The notes beneath the pieces were generated by a model that worked only from the letters and a program-made list of their open reading frames with translations, was not told where the DNA came from and made no database searches. The position numbers were made by a program, and so were the translations under genes. Shown here in pieces: positions 41,888 to 51,936 of a stretch of DNA of 64,000 bases (within the stretch, counting starts at the first letter, position 1; each line of letters begins with the position of its first letter). Location: NCBI GenBank assembly GCA_913009875.1, contig CAJVYS010000003.1:13528-77527 (forward strand). Direction: 5' to 3'. This DNA comes from an uncultured Gammaproteobacteria bacterium. GTDB lineage: Bacteria; Pseudomonadota; Gammaproteobacteria; SZUA-152.

Positions 41888-43093
41888 ATGTGTTTGATGG
41901 CACTGTTTGCGGTCATATTGTTGCCCCTGGAACTACTCGCCGACACTATCGCCAACAATATATCCTTACATTATCCGAAATTCCCTTCAGCCCAGATTGA
42001 AGCGGGCGCTGATAAAGAACAGATTGCACGCGGCGAATACCTGGTGAAGCTGGGCGATTGCATGGGCTGCCATACGGACACCGGGAACGGGGGCGCTCCC
42101 TTCGCTGGAGGTTTGCGTATCGACACACCCTTTGGCACGTTATTCGTACCGAATATCACACCGGATAAAAACACTGGTATTGGCAACTGGAGTGAGGATG
42201 ACTTTGTCACTGCCATGAGGGAGGGTATCAGCCCGGACGGCAGTTATTATTACCCTGTTTTCCCCTACAATTATTACAACCGCATGAGTCGCGAAGACGT
42301 GGTGGCGATCAAGGCCTATCTGGATCGTATTCCTGCCGAAAAGCATATCAACAAGCCACCACAAATGGAGTGGCCATTCAACTATCGCTGGCTGCAGTTC
42401 GGCTGGCGCGTGCTGTATTTTGATTTTGATGAGGGGCAATTCATCCCCGATCCTAAAAAATCTGAGCGCTGGAACCGGGGAGCATTCATTGTCGAGGGCC
42501 CCGGCCACTGTACCCTGTGTCATACTGAACTGAATATGCTGGGGTCTCCGAAAAAAGAATATTACCTGGCGGGGGCCTTTGTTGAGGACTACTATGCGCC
42601 AAGTATCAATGCACAAGGACTACGGCACCTGTCTCCCGGTGTAGTTGCAGATATATTTATGCATGATGTTAAACCCACGGGAGGAAAGTTGCTGGGGTCC
42701 ATGAGCGACGTCGAGCATAACAGCCTGAGATATCTCCGCCACGCAGACATGCTCGCTATTGCCGATTATTTGAAGTCGGTAAAGAGCGTATCGCCTCCGG
42801 TGAAAGGATTGCAAACACCGTTAAACAAAGAAGTCGGCCGCAAGCTTTACGAGAGTAACTGTAGCTCTTGTCATAACACTGGCGTCGCAGGTGCGCCTGA
42901 AACAGGCAAACAGAGGGTTCGCCAGATATTGCGTGATCAGGGGCGCGAGCATCTTTACCAGATAGCCATCAAGGGTGATGGCGCTATGATGCCTCCCAAG
43001 GGGGGGTGTAATATCTGTTCTGATGCACAGGTGGAGGCGGCGGTTGATTACATGATCAAGCTTGGTTCAGGTAAAAAATCCGATACTCATTGA
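41888..43093 (+). CDS. Triheme cytochrome c (gluconate/alcohol dehydrogenase cytochrome subunit-like, with c5-type C-terminal domain)
   Basis: CMGCH, PNITPD..TGIG.W, CTLCH, CSSCH...MPPKGGC; start uncertain (41777-41897). Confidence 0.85.
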   Translation: MCLMALFAVILLPLELLADTIANNISLHYPKFPSAQIEAGADKEQIARGEYLVKLGDCMGCHTDTGNGGAPFAGGLRIDTPFGTLFVPNITPDKNTGIGNWSEDDFVTAMREGISPDGSYYYPVFPYNYYNRMSREDVVAIKAYLDRIPAEKHINKPPQMEWPFNYRWLQFGWRVLYFDFDEGQFIPDPKKSERWNRGAFIVEGPGHCTLCHTELNMLGSPKKEYYLAGAFVEDYYAPSINAQGLRHLSPGVVADIFMHDVKPTGGKLLGSMSDVEHNSLRYLRHADMLAIADYLKSVKSVSPPVKGLQTPLNKEVGRKLYESNCSSCHNTGVAGAPETGKQRVRQILRDQGREHLYQIAIKGDGAMMPPKGGCNICSDAQVEAAVDYMIKLGSGKKSDTH

Positions 43094-43176
43094 ACCGGCT
43101 GATCTGTCATGTTCATTGTTTCGAATCATCATTCTAGACTAGTACTCCATCAATATAAACTTGATGGAGTACTAGG

Positions 43177-43884
43177 TTAAAGCAGCCCGGTGCGACCTGC
43201 CTCCTTGATCGTCATGCCGACGAAGCGGCCATCTTTAAGTGCAAGAACACGGTCGGCAATATCCAGAATGCGTGGATCGTAGGTAACCAGCAGAATGGTT
43301 GAGCCCTGCTTTGTGGCAAGATCGTGCAACTGTTCCACCACGACCCGCCCTGTCTTGCCGTCAAGCGATGCCGTCGGTTCGTCGGCAAGGATGATCTTCG
43401 GGCGCATCACAAGGGCACGTGCAATCGCAACCCGCTGTCTCTGCCCACCGGAAAGTTGGCATGGAAACTTGTCGATATGATCGCCAAGACCGACCTGCTT
43501 AAGGATATTGTCTGCCGCCTCGGCGGGTGACTGGATCTCCGGGTGTAGGCGCAATCCCATCATCAGATTCTGGTGTGCCGTCAGCGCATCGATCAGGTTG
43601 TGAAGCTGGAAAATAAAACCGATATTCCGACGTGCCTCACGCAGCACTTTCTGAGGTGCACCGTATAATTCCCAACCCATCAATCTGACACTGCCTTCCT
43701 GCAGGCTCCTTAGGGCGCCGATCAGGGTTAGAAATGTCGTTTTCCCCGAACCGGAAGGCCCAGTGACAATCACCACCTCGCCCGCGTTTATCGTTCCTGT
43801 CAGTGAAAACAGCACCTGGCGGCGCAGGTTACTTTTGCCAAAGGAATGACTGACATTGTTGAATTCAATAATAGGACTCTTCAT
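43177..43884 (-). CDS. DevA-like ABC ATP-binding protein (H-loop His replaced by Tyr)
   Basis: [38 protein letters not shown] instead of VTHD. Confidence 0.88.
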   Translation of the reverse strand: MKSPIIEFNNVSHSFGKSNLRRQVLFSLTGTINAGEVVIVTGPSGSGKTTFLTLIGALRSLQEGSVRLMGWELYGAPQKVLREARRNIGFIFQLHNLIDALTAHQNLMMGLRLHPEIQSPAEAADNILKQVGLGDHIDKFPCQLSGGQRQRVAIARALVMRPKIILADEPTASLDGKTGRVVVEQLHDLATKQGSTILLVTYDPRILDIADRVLALKDGRFVGMTIKEAGRTGLL

Positions 43885-45056
43885 CGGAAGAGTTCCGCAG
43901 GATCTGCCTTTTTCAGATGCCGCATGGCAAGAAGCCCAGCCAATATGCACATAATTGTCGTAGAGGCAAAAGCTAAGGCAGCTTTATCAAGACTCAGGAT
44001 CATCGTATAGCCGGTTGATGCAGCCGTATAACGATAGATTACCCACGACAGGAGCGTGCCGGGAATGAAGCCGAGTACCGACAGGATAAGAGATTGTTTG
44101 AGTACCAAAGCGGAAAAAAATCGGTCGGAATAACCCATCGCCTTGAGCGTCGCAAATTCTGGCAGGTGGCTGATTACATTAGTATAAAGAATTTGATAAA
44201 CAATCACTGCCCCGATGATAAATCCCATAATGGCACCGACAATAAACAAGAAACCGATAGCTGCGGTCTTGTTCCAGTAGTCTATTTCATGTTGCACAAA
44301 TTCAGCACGCGTTAGCACCTTAACGTCTTTCCCTGCCAGCATTTTACGGATCTTTTCCCGCATAATATGAGGGTCTGCGCCTTGATCGAGTCGTACGAGG
44401 CCGATATTCACAAGCCCTGGTGTGGCGTTTGGGAAAAGTGCGAAAAATGTCTGTTCTCCCATCAGTACATTGCCGAAAGCAGCGAAGGTGACGCCGATGT
44501 CAAATAGCCCATCAACGGTAACATTGTGGCCTGCTACCGTGGCGGCAAAGGGGCCATCGCGATTGAAGCGGTAAACCACGTTGCCGAAATAACTGCTGAG
44601 GCCCTTTTTATCAAACAAAACACTCCCAGTAACGGTGAGCTTGCCCTCCTGAGTGATGATATCCGGCAGGGTCAGCATATGACGTCCTGGCTGAAGGCCC
44701 ATACACAATATCCAGCGTTGATAACCCGTATTGATATTCTTAAAACTACAGAACGAATAATAAAGAGGAAGCACTTCTTTGACTCCGGTTACTCCCGCTG
44801 CCTGCATAAGCCTTGGACGGGCAAAGTCATGTTGCGAGCCAAAGAATTCAAACCCGGCGGGTATAATAACCAGCTGTGCATTCAGGTGTTTGAGCACCTT
44901 GGTGGCACTATCGTTCATTGCTGAGTAAAAACCGATCTGCACCAGGATTAAGAAAACGGCAAAGCTTATGCCGGCGAGTGCAGCGGCAAGCCGGCGTTTC
45001 TCAAAGATGATCTGACGCCATGCGAGCGAGAATCTCTCCTGGCCGGAATGTCTCAT
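43881..45056 (-). CDS. DevC-like ABC permease (FtsX/MacB type)
   Basis: LAWRQ, IVYQILYT, EFATLKAMGY, ADPAELF. Confidence 0.9.
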   Translation of the reverse strand: MRHSGQERFSLAWRQIIFEKRRLAAALAGISFAVFLILVQIGFYSAMNDSATKVLKHLNAQLVIIPAGFEFFGSQHDFARPRLMQAAGVTGVKEVLPLYYSFCSFKNINTGYQRWILCMGLQPGRHMLTLPDIITQEGKLTVTGSVLFDKKGLSSYFGNVVYRFNRDGPFAATVAGHNVTVDGLFDIGVTFAAFGNVLMGEQTFFALFPNATPGLVNIGLVRLDQGADPHIMREKIRKMLAGKDVKVLTRAEFVQHEIDYWNKTAAIGFLFIVGAIMGFIIGAVIVYQILYTNVISHLPEFATLKAMGYSDRFFSALVLKQSLILSVLGFIPGTLLSWVIYRYTAASTGYTMILSLDKAALAFASTTIMCILAGLLAMRHLKKADPAELFR

Positions 45057-45121
45057 AATTCAATCTCTCCAGGTCGCATTCCCCGTTGCCCGCAGTGAAA
45101 TAATTTATTGCCCTAAACAAT

Positions 45122-45192
45122 TGTAGGAGCGGACCCTTGGGCCGCGATTCCAAGGGTGGGAAAACCATCGCGGCCCAAGGGTCCGCTCCTAC
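45122..45192. repeat. REPIN (GTAGGAGCGGACCCTTGGGCCGCGAT pair)
   Basis: Perfect inverted pair between devB and devC. Confidence 0.88.
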
Positions 45193-45248
45193 AACACGAT
45201 ACCTCGTCAGCTCGCCTAAAGCGCCTACTTTTGGTGCTGTGGGGTGGT

Positions 45249-46094
45249 TCAATTCGCTTTGCTGGATATATCTATTAGCGCCGTGCCCTGCAGGTTGATA
45301 AATCGTGCCGCCGCCGCGCTGTCTTTCAGGGTGATGTAGACCTTTATGATGCGGGCCTCGGTATTGGGCATCGGATCGGGCGAATAGATCGCTACCCGCG
45401 TGAGGCTGGGTGCTATGCGTGTGACCGTGCCCGTGAGCGACTGACTGAGTGCCGGACTCTTGAAAATTGCGGATTGCCCTTTTTTCACATATTTGATGTC
45501 GGTTTCATAAACCTCTGCGACCGCTTCCATATGGTCAATATCCCCAATCTCAGCGATACCTGTCGTCTCTGAAACGGCTTCGCCATCTCGAGCGTAGATG
45601 CCAAGCACCATACCCTCGACTGGTGAGCGTATTATCATTTTACTGAGTAGCGCCTCAGCTCGCTTTAAATTGAGTCGTGCTTTTTCCAGTGCTATTTGAG
45701 TCCGTTCAGACGCATCGCGTTGATCGTTGCAAGATTCTTGCGAAATGGATTTATTTTTGAAAAGTGTCTGTCGATGATCAAATTCACGCTTTTTTTCCGC
45801 AGCATCAACTTTTGCCCGTTCGACTTCCGCCTTAGCGATCCCGACTTCAATCCTGCGAACATTCGCCATATCAAAGACGGCAATGACATCACCCTTTTTG
45901 ACCCTCTGGCCTTCTTTCACGGGCATTTCAGAGATCCTTACCGAAACAACGGAGGACGGACCTGCAAGGGTGTGGACGCCATTGTGTGGTTCAAGACGGG
46001 CAAGCGCACCGACCCTTTCAGGTCGGGAAGCGTTATCAGCGAAGGTCAGGGATACCGTAAAAAGGAAAATCTATACCGTAGTAATCTTTTTCAT
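45249..46094 (-). pseudogene. DevB/HlyD-family adaptor with premature stop
   Basis: ATG 46094 reads MKKITTV*IFLFTVSLTFA...VGALARLEP...VKEGQRVKKG in one frame; TAG at 46073-46071 lies inside the signal peptide. Confidence 0.8.
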
Positions 46095-46141
46095 ACGCAA
46101 TTCCTAAATTATTTTTCACGATTTACTGGTAGCGACAGGTT

Positions 46142-48187
46142 TTACAAAAACGGTACCAGCAACAAGGCCATCAGGCTCAGTACCTTGCGCATCGGATTGA
46201 TGGCCGGGCCGGCGGTGTCCTTGCAGGGGTCGCCGACCGTATCGCCGGTGATTGCCGCCATGTGGGCCGGAGAACCCTTGCCACCGTAATGACCGGCTTC
46301 GATATATTTCTTGGCGTTGTCCCATGCCGCCCCACCGGTACTCAACATCAGGGCGAGAATCAGTCCTGAAATGACAGCGCCGATCAGGATACCTCCCATC
46401 AGCTGGGCGCCACTGCCGTGTGGGCCAAAAGGTGTCCAGGCAAAGGCGACCAGTAGCGGTACGATCACCGGCAGTAGCCCGGGCAGGATCATGCCGCGGA
46501 TCGATGCGCGGGTCAGCATGCGCACAGCCCGGGCGTAATCCGGCAGACGTTCGCCAGTGAGAATCTCGGGGTGGGCCTTGAACTGCTCGCGAACTTCTTC
46601 AACCACCGAGGCGGCGGCCTTGCCGACGGCCTTGAAGATGATGCCGCTGAAGATAAAAGGTAATAGTGCACCGATGAATAACCCGGCAAGAATATAGGGG
46701 TTATCAATGGCAAACGAGACACCGTCGAGGCGCGAGCCAAATTCCAGCTTGAAGGCGCCAAACAGCGCCAGTGCCGCCAGCCCGGCGGAACCGATGGCGA
46801 AGACCTTGGTGAGTGATTTGGTGGAATTTCCTGCGGCATCCAGTTCGTCGGTGACCTGGCGAACTTCCTCGGGAAGATGTGCCATCTCGGCAATGCCGCC
46901 GGCATTGTCGGTGACTGGCCCGTAGGCATCGATGGCGACTACCACCGGGGTCAGGGAGAGCAGGGCGACAGTGGCGATGGCGATGCCAAAAATGCCGGCG
47001 AAGGCATAGGCAGCGATCACCCCGGCCGCGATGACCAGGGTGGGGATCAGGGTCGATTCCATACCCACCGACAGACCGGCAATGATATTGGTGGCGTGTC
47101 CGGAGCGTGAAGCGCGGGCGATCTCTTGAACCGGGCGGTGATTGGTACCGGTGAAATAGGTGGTTGTCGCCACCATGCCGATACCCACCGCGAGGCCGGT
47201 CAGAGCGCTGGCGAACAGGCTGTTGGCCGTGTAGCTCGTGGCGCCAGCCGGCATCCAGTGACTGGCGAGGTAAAAGCCTGCGGCACTCAGTACGATGGTT
47301 AACAGCACGGCCCGTATCAGGGTGGAGAGAATGGTGCCGTGGGTACTGAGTCGCGAGGTATGAATGCCGATCATGCTGGCGAACAGAGCGACACCACCCA
47401 GCACCAGGGGATAAACCTGGTCGGCGTTCTCGCCGCTCCCCGTTACAGAGGCGACCAGCATGGCGGCCACCAGTGTCACCGCATAACTCTCAAAAATATC
47501 GGCGGCCATGCCGGCGCAGTCACCGACGTTATCGCCGACATTATCGGCAATCACGGCTGGATTGCGTGGATCGTCCTCGGGAATACCCTGCTCGATCTTG
47601 CCGACCAGATCGGCACCCACATCGGCCGCCTTGGTAAAAATACCGCCGCCCAGACGGGCGAAGATGCTCACCAGCGAGGCGCCAAAACCCAGCCCCGCCA
47701 GCGGGCGCAAATCCATCGGGCCGGTGTCGTTTAGGCTGTAAAGTAAAAGGTAGAAGCCACTGACGCTGGCCAATGCCAGCGCTCCCACCAAAAATCCCGT
47801 GACGGCACCGGAACGGAGGCTGATTTGCAGTGCGAGCGGCAGTCCCTGCCGGGCAGCCGCCGTGGTGGTCCGTACATTGGCGCGTACCGCGACCCACATG
47901 CCCACGATGCCGGAAATGGCGGAGCACAGTCCGCCGATGGCAAAACCCAGTGCGGTCAGAAAGCCGAACTGGGGGGTGATCCAGAGAATGATCAACAGCA
48001 AAACACCGACGGCCAGAATCGTCAGGTACTGGGTGCGGATGAAGGCGTTGGCCCCTTCACGAATAGCCAGGTAAGGAGGGCGCAATTCGGCACCCCCTTC
48101 ATCCTGACGCAATACCCAGAGACCGCACCAGATCGCATAGGCGAGCCCTGCGGCAGCGGCAATCAGACTAAAGGTCAGGGCAATCAT
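46142..48187 (-). CDS. hppA: Membrane-bound proton-translocating pyrophosphatase, K+-independent type
   Basis: GGGIFTKAADVGADLVGK, EDDPRN, DNVGDNVGD, DNAGGIAEM, GNSTK (Lys indicates K+-independent), GDTVGDP. Confidence 0.95.
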   Translation of the reverse strand: MIALTFSLIAAAAGLAYAIWCGLWVLRQDEGGAELRPPYLAIREGANAFIRTQYLTILAVGVLLLIILWITPQFGFLTALGFAIGGLCSAISGIVGMWVAVRANVRTTTAAARQGLPLALQISLRSGAVTGFLVGALALASVSGFYLLLYSLNDTGPMDLRPLAGLGFGASLVSIFARLGGGIFTKAADVGADLVGKIEQGIPEDDPRNPAVIADNVGDNVGDCAGMAADIFESYAVTLVAAMLVASVTGSGENADQVYPLVLGGVALFASMIGIHTSRLSTHGTILSTLIRAVLLTIVLSAAGFYLASHWMPAGATSYTANSLFASALTGLAVGIGMVATTTYFTGTNHRPVQEIARASRSGHATNIIAGLSVGMESTLIPTLVIAAGVIAAYAFAGIFGIAIATVALLSLTPVVVAIDAYGPVTDNAGGIAEMAHLPEEVRQVTDELDAAGNSTKSLTKVFAIGSAGLAALALFGAFKLEFGSRLDGVSFAIDNPYILAGLFIGALLPFIFSGIIFKAVGKAAASVVEEVREQFKAHPEILTGERLPDYARAVRMLTRASIRGMILPGLLPVIVPLLVAFAWTPFGPHGSGAQLMGGILIGAVISGLILALMLSTGGAAWDNAKKYIEAGHYGGKGSPAHMAAITGDTVGDPCKDTAGPAINPMRKVLSLMALLLVPFL

Positions 48188-48218
48188 TTGATCGCTTGAT
48201 GGGCTTTGGATTCAACCG

Positions 48219-48404
48219 CTATGTGTTCGATGCGCTGTCGATGGCATCCAACACCCTTTGCAAATGCTCCCTTTTGGTCTTCAACTCATCACGGAATGAC
48301 TTTTTATCAGTATCCGCAATCTCATAGCTCAGGTCGGAGAGGTAGCTCTTTAAGGCTGCGCTCAGGGCTTGTTTCTCGTTTTCATCCAAGTCCAAATGAA
48401 TCAT
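48219..48404 (-). CDS. Small hypothetical protein
   Basis: 61 aa, AGGAG RBS, L.SYLSDL..EIADTD...FR..LK motif. Confidence 0.7.
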   Translation of the reverse strand: MIHLDLDENEKQALSAALKSYLSDLSYEIADTDKKSFRDELKTKREHLQRVLDAIDSASNT

Positions 48405-48617
48405 TGCCGTCTCCTATTCTTTTTTTGAGATATTGATAAAAGAAACACGGATTTCAGCACTGTATATCCAGTGAACTATAAATAGCACAGGTAATGAAAG
48501 GGAACTGTAACCTAAGTAGCAGCAGGGGGGATCTATTTGTATTTAACTGTGCAGGGATGAAGGTGTCGATACGATTTGTTGTAACTTTCGAAGTCCAACC
48601 GAGGAAGGGAAAAGGTC

Positions 48618-48836
48618 ATGGTAAAAGAAAAGCCGAAGGCATCCCCCAAAAAGGGCCGCAAGGCCAAAACTCCGTCGGCAGTTTCAGTACCGCAGCAGGA
48701 TACGGTTGAGCGACAGGTAATGATCGCCGAAGCCGCCTATTTTATTGCGGAACAGCGTGGTTTTACCGCAGGCGATGAGCTTGGTGACTGGCTGCAGGCA
48801 GAACGTGAGATCCAAACCAGCTTGCAGCAACCGTAA
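48618..48836 (+). CDS. DUF2934 domain protein
   Basis: MIAEAAYFIAEQRGF..G....DWLQAEREI. Confidence 0.9.
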   Translation: MVKEKPKASPKKGRKAKTPSAVSVPQQDTVERQVMIAEAAYFIAEQRGFTAGDELGDWLQAEREIQTSLQQP

Positions 48837-48837
48837 A

Positions 48838-49119
48838 ATGTTGGAGCATCGTTGGTTGCAACGCCGGGCATCAAGGATGAATGTTCAGCTGTACAAACAG
48901 GGTGAGGCCGTTGGCACGGTTTGTACCTTTGACATGAATTCGCAAGGTATCGGTGTTGAGTGCGGAAAGCTGGATTTGCACGAAGGTGAAATTGTCGAGA
49001 TTGACCTGCCGGAGAATGGCATCCCCGCGGGTATGGAGTCTCATGTCCGGTGTCTGGTAATTCATACAGGGAAGACGCGTTGTGGCCTGATGCTTCTTGA
49101 TACGGCTGACGCTGACTAA
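48838..49119 (+). CDS. Stand-alone PilZ domain protein
   Basis: EHRWLQR (RxxxR) and DMNSQG (DxSxxG variant); 93 aa. Confidence 0.7.
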   Translation: MLEHRWLQRRASRMNVQLYKQGEAVGTVCTFDMNSQGIGVECGKLDLHEGEIVEIDLPENGIPAGMESHVRCLVIHTGKTRCGLMLLDTADAD

Positions 49120-49251
49120 TACGTTGGCGTTGCATGTCGACGTGAATAGCCGCCACTATCATACCGAGGCACTGATTATACCTAAGTCCAACGGCGTCAC
49201 ATTTAGTCGTCTGTGAAGGTCTTTCGATTTGCTGCCGAGGTTGGTTCTTGA

Positions 49252-49367
49252 ACCCTCACCCTAGCCCTCTCCCAGTTTTGGGAGAGGGAACAATCGGCCG
49301 TAGGGCCGATCAGTCCGGCTTTTAGCCGTAACCTGAAGCCACCGGCTTTAACCGGTGGAGTATTCAC
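49252..49367. mobile_element. BoxC-like REP plus IS200/IS605-family end remnant
   Basis: CCCTCACCCTAGCCCTCTCCC...GGGAGAGGG; GAAGCCACCGGCTTTAACCGGTGGAGTATTCAC subterminal hairpin; no transposase nearby. Confidence 0.55.
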
Positions 49368-49454
49368 AACGGACCTGAGTTTATCCGCTCTGGGCCGGTT
49401 TAGCAGATCAGATCGATGGCGTAGGTTATAATCCACAGGGAGCGTAACTGAATC

Positions 49455-51158
49455 ATGGCATCGACTTTCGCTGACGTCTTTACTGAAATGGCGGTACTGC
49501 TGTTGCTGGCCACTGTCATCGGTGCCATCGGTGTGCGCCTGCGCCAGCCGCTGATCGTCGCCTTCATCGCGGTAGGTATCCTGGTGGGGCCATCGGTTTT
49601 CGGCTGGGTGTCGGCAAATGATCAAGTCGATCTGCTGGCCAAACTGGGTATTGCGCTGCTGTTGTTCGTGGTTGGGCTCAAACTGGATCTGCACATTATC
49701 CGTAGCATGGGGCTGGTGGCGCTGGCCACCGGACTGGGGCAGGTCTTCTTCACCTCCGTCGTCGGCTACTTTATCGCCATCGCCCTGGGGATGACCCCGG
49801 TGACCGCCCTCTATGTGGCGGTGGCGCTGACCTTCTCCAGCACCATCATCATCGTCAAGCTGCTCTCCGACAAACGCGAAGTGGACACGCTGCACGGTCG
49901 TATCGCCATCGGCTTCCTTATCGTTCAGGATATCGTGGTGGTGCTGGTGATGATTGGTCTGGCCGCGCTGGGCGAGGCCGCCGATGCAGCCGATGCAGCC
50001 GCGCTGGGCCGGGAGGCGGTCGAGGTATTGATCAAGGGCGGCCTGTTCATCGCCGCCATCGGGTTGTTGATGCGCTATGTGTTGACGCCGCTGCTACACC
50101 AACTGGCCCGTTCGCGGGAGCTGTTGGTGCTGTTCGCCATTGCCTGGGCGGTGGCGCTGGGCGCGGCGGGTGGATACCTGGGTTTCAGCAAGGAGGTGGG
50201 CGCCTTTCTCGCCGGCGTGTCGCTGGCCTCTACACCCTACCGCGAGGCCATCGGCGCGCGTTTGGTCAGTCTGCGGGATTTTTTGTTGCTGTTCTTCTTT
50301 ATCGATCTGGGCGCCGGGCTGGAGTTGGCTGTGCTCGGTGCACAGGTTGTGCCGGCCATTATCCTTTCGCTGTTCGTACTCATCGGCAACCCATTGATCG
50401 TGATGACCATCCTCGGTGCCATGGGTTATCGCAAGCGCACCGGGTTTCTGGCCGGTCTGACGGTGGCCCAGATCAGCGAATTCTCTCTGATCCTGGGGGC
50501 GTTGGGCCTGAGCCTGGGCCATATCGACGCCGACACCATGGGTCTCATCACCCTGGTGGGGTTGATCACCATCAGCACCTCCACCTACATGATCTTGTAC
50601 TCCCACCTTCTCTACGAGCGGATTTCCCCCTGGCTGGATCTGTTCGAACGTAAACAGGCGCATCGGGAAGAGGCTCAGGATCGGAATACGCAGGAGAACG
50701 GATACGATGTCATCCTGTTCGGTTTGGGGCGGTTCGGCACCAGGATTGCGCGGCAACTGCGGCTAAGAGGCTACCGGGTGCTCGGCGTGGATTTCGATCC
50801 TGATCTGGTACGCCGGCAAGAGGGGCACGGTTATGCAGTGCGCTACGGCGATGCCGAAGACCCGGAATTTCTCACCACCCTGCCGCTCAGGCAGGTGCGC
50901 TGGGTCTTGAGCAGCTTGCGAGAGATGCCCGTCAATCTCGCACTGCTGCATGGCCTGCGTGATCATGGTTACAGTGGGCGGGTGGCGGTTACCGCCCATT
51001 CCTTGCAAAATGTCGAACAGTTGAAAAGTGCAGGTGCCGACCAGGTGCTGGTCCCTTATGCCGATGCGGCCACCGAGGCCGTTGATAACCTGTTTGGTGT
51101 GAGCGGCAAGCAGCCATCCGGGGTGGGCGACAGGAACAACGCCAAAGATGTGACGTGA
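49455..51158 (+). CDS. CPA2 cation:proton antiporter with TrkA_N/RCK domain
   Basis: LRQPLI, SSTIIIVKLL, LIVQD, QISEFS, GLGRFG, YGDAED. Confidence 0.92.
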   Translation: MASTFADVFTEMAVLLLLATVIGAIGVRLRQPLIVAFIAVGILVGPSVFGWVSANDQVDLLAKLGIALLLFVVGLKLDLHIIRSMGLVALATGLGQVFFTSVVGYFIAIALGMTPVTALYVAVALTFSSTIIIVKLLSDKREVDTLHGRIAIGFLIVQDIVVVLVMIGLAALGEAADAADAAALGREAVEVLIKGGLFIAAIGLLMRYVLTPLLHQLARSRELLVLFAIAWAVALGAAGGYLGFSKEVGAFLAGVSLASTPYREAIGARLVSLRDFLLLFFFIDLGAGLELAVLGAQVVPAIILSLFVLIGNPLIVMTILGAMGYRKRTGFLAGLTVAQISEFSLILGALGLSLGHIDADTMGLITLVGLITISTSTYMILYSHLLYERISPWLDLFERKQAHREEAQDRNTQENGYDVILFGLGRFGTRIARQLRLRGYRVLGVDFDPDLVRRQEGHGYAVRYGDAEDPEFLTTLPLRQVRWVLSSLREMPVNLALLHGLRDHGYSGRVAVTAHSLQNVEQLKSAGADQVLVPYADAATEAVDNLFGVSGKQPSGVGDRNNAKDVT

Positions 51159-51210
51159 CAATACAGATCCAATTCTTTTCGTGTGTGATAACAAGATGAT
51201 TTCAGTCTCT

Positions 51211-51332
51211 GTAGGATGCTGGTGAGCGGTAGCGAACCGCATCGTTCGCGTGTTATCAAGCGCCCGGCACGGGTGATTGTCGGCGTCACCGCTCTCGACT
51301 GATGCGGTTCGCTACCGCTCACCGGCATCCTA
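51211..51332. repeat. REPIN (GTAGGATGCTGGTGAGCGGTAGCGAACCGCATC pair)
   Basis: Inverted pair; a single copy of the same family lies at 10545-10577. Confidence 0.88.
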
Positions 51333-51383
51333 CACAGAATTTTGAGAATCATTGCCCGAATTGTGTTATGGGGAGCCTGACGG

Positions 51384-51935
51384 ATGACTGTGTGCACATA
51401 TGATCGAAGACAGTCTTTAAAGTTTACACCCCGCGAATCGGTGATTATCCATTTTCGGAGCGGGGGGTTACGTGCTGTTTTGTTTACCCTGCTATGGTGG
51501 ATACTCACAGATGGTGCAACGGATTCATGGCTGGTGGGTGCGCCAGTGGTACTGTTTGCGACATTGGTCAGCGTGGCGCTACTGCCTCCTTTTTCCTGGT
51601 CCTTGATGGGGATCGTACGTTTTATCCCGTTCTTTCTCTGGTGCTCGCTACGGGGGGGCATGGACGTGGCCCGCTGCGCTCTGCACCCGCGGTTACCAAT
51701 CTCGCCGGGGCTGTTTGACTACATATTCCGACTGCCGCCGGGTCTGCCGCGGGTGTTCATGGCCAACATCGTAAGCCTGCTGCCTGGCACCTTGAGCGCG
51801 GAACTCGGTGCGAATTATCTGCAAGTGCATGTGCTCGACGAACGGAAGGATTTCTTGTCAGAACTCGAGAAGGTAGAGCAAAGAGTGGCCGCGATGTTCG
51901 GTATCTCTTTGCCTCCATCCGGAGGAGGCGAATGA
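51384..51935 (+). CDS. mnhE: Mrp/Mnh antiporter subunit E
   Basis: LWWILT, DVAR.ALHP, ANIVSLLPGTLS, VHVLD; start uncertain. Confidence 0.85.
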   Translation: MTVCTYDRRQSLKFTPRESVIIHFRSGGLRAVLFTLLWWILTDGATDSWLVGAPVVLFATLVSVALLPPFSWSLMGIVRFIPFFLWCSLRGGMDVARCALHPRLPISPGLFDYIFRLPPGLPRVFMANIVSLLPGTLSAELGANYLQVHVLDERKDFLSELEKVEQRVAAMFGISLPPSGGGE

Positions 51936-51936
51936 A

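Noticed and set aside
46071-46073. Programmed TAG readthrough (pyrrolysine) in devB
   Set aside because: No pyl genes in the window, the position is in a signal peptide, and the partner ATPase is also mutated; a nonsense mutation is simpler.
49980-50000. 9-bp tandem repeat GCCGATGCA in the CPA2 gene as a phase-variation tract
   Set aside because: In-frame, only two copies, and located in a loop.
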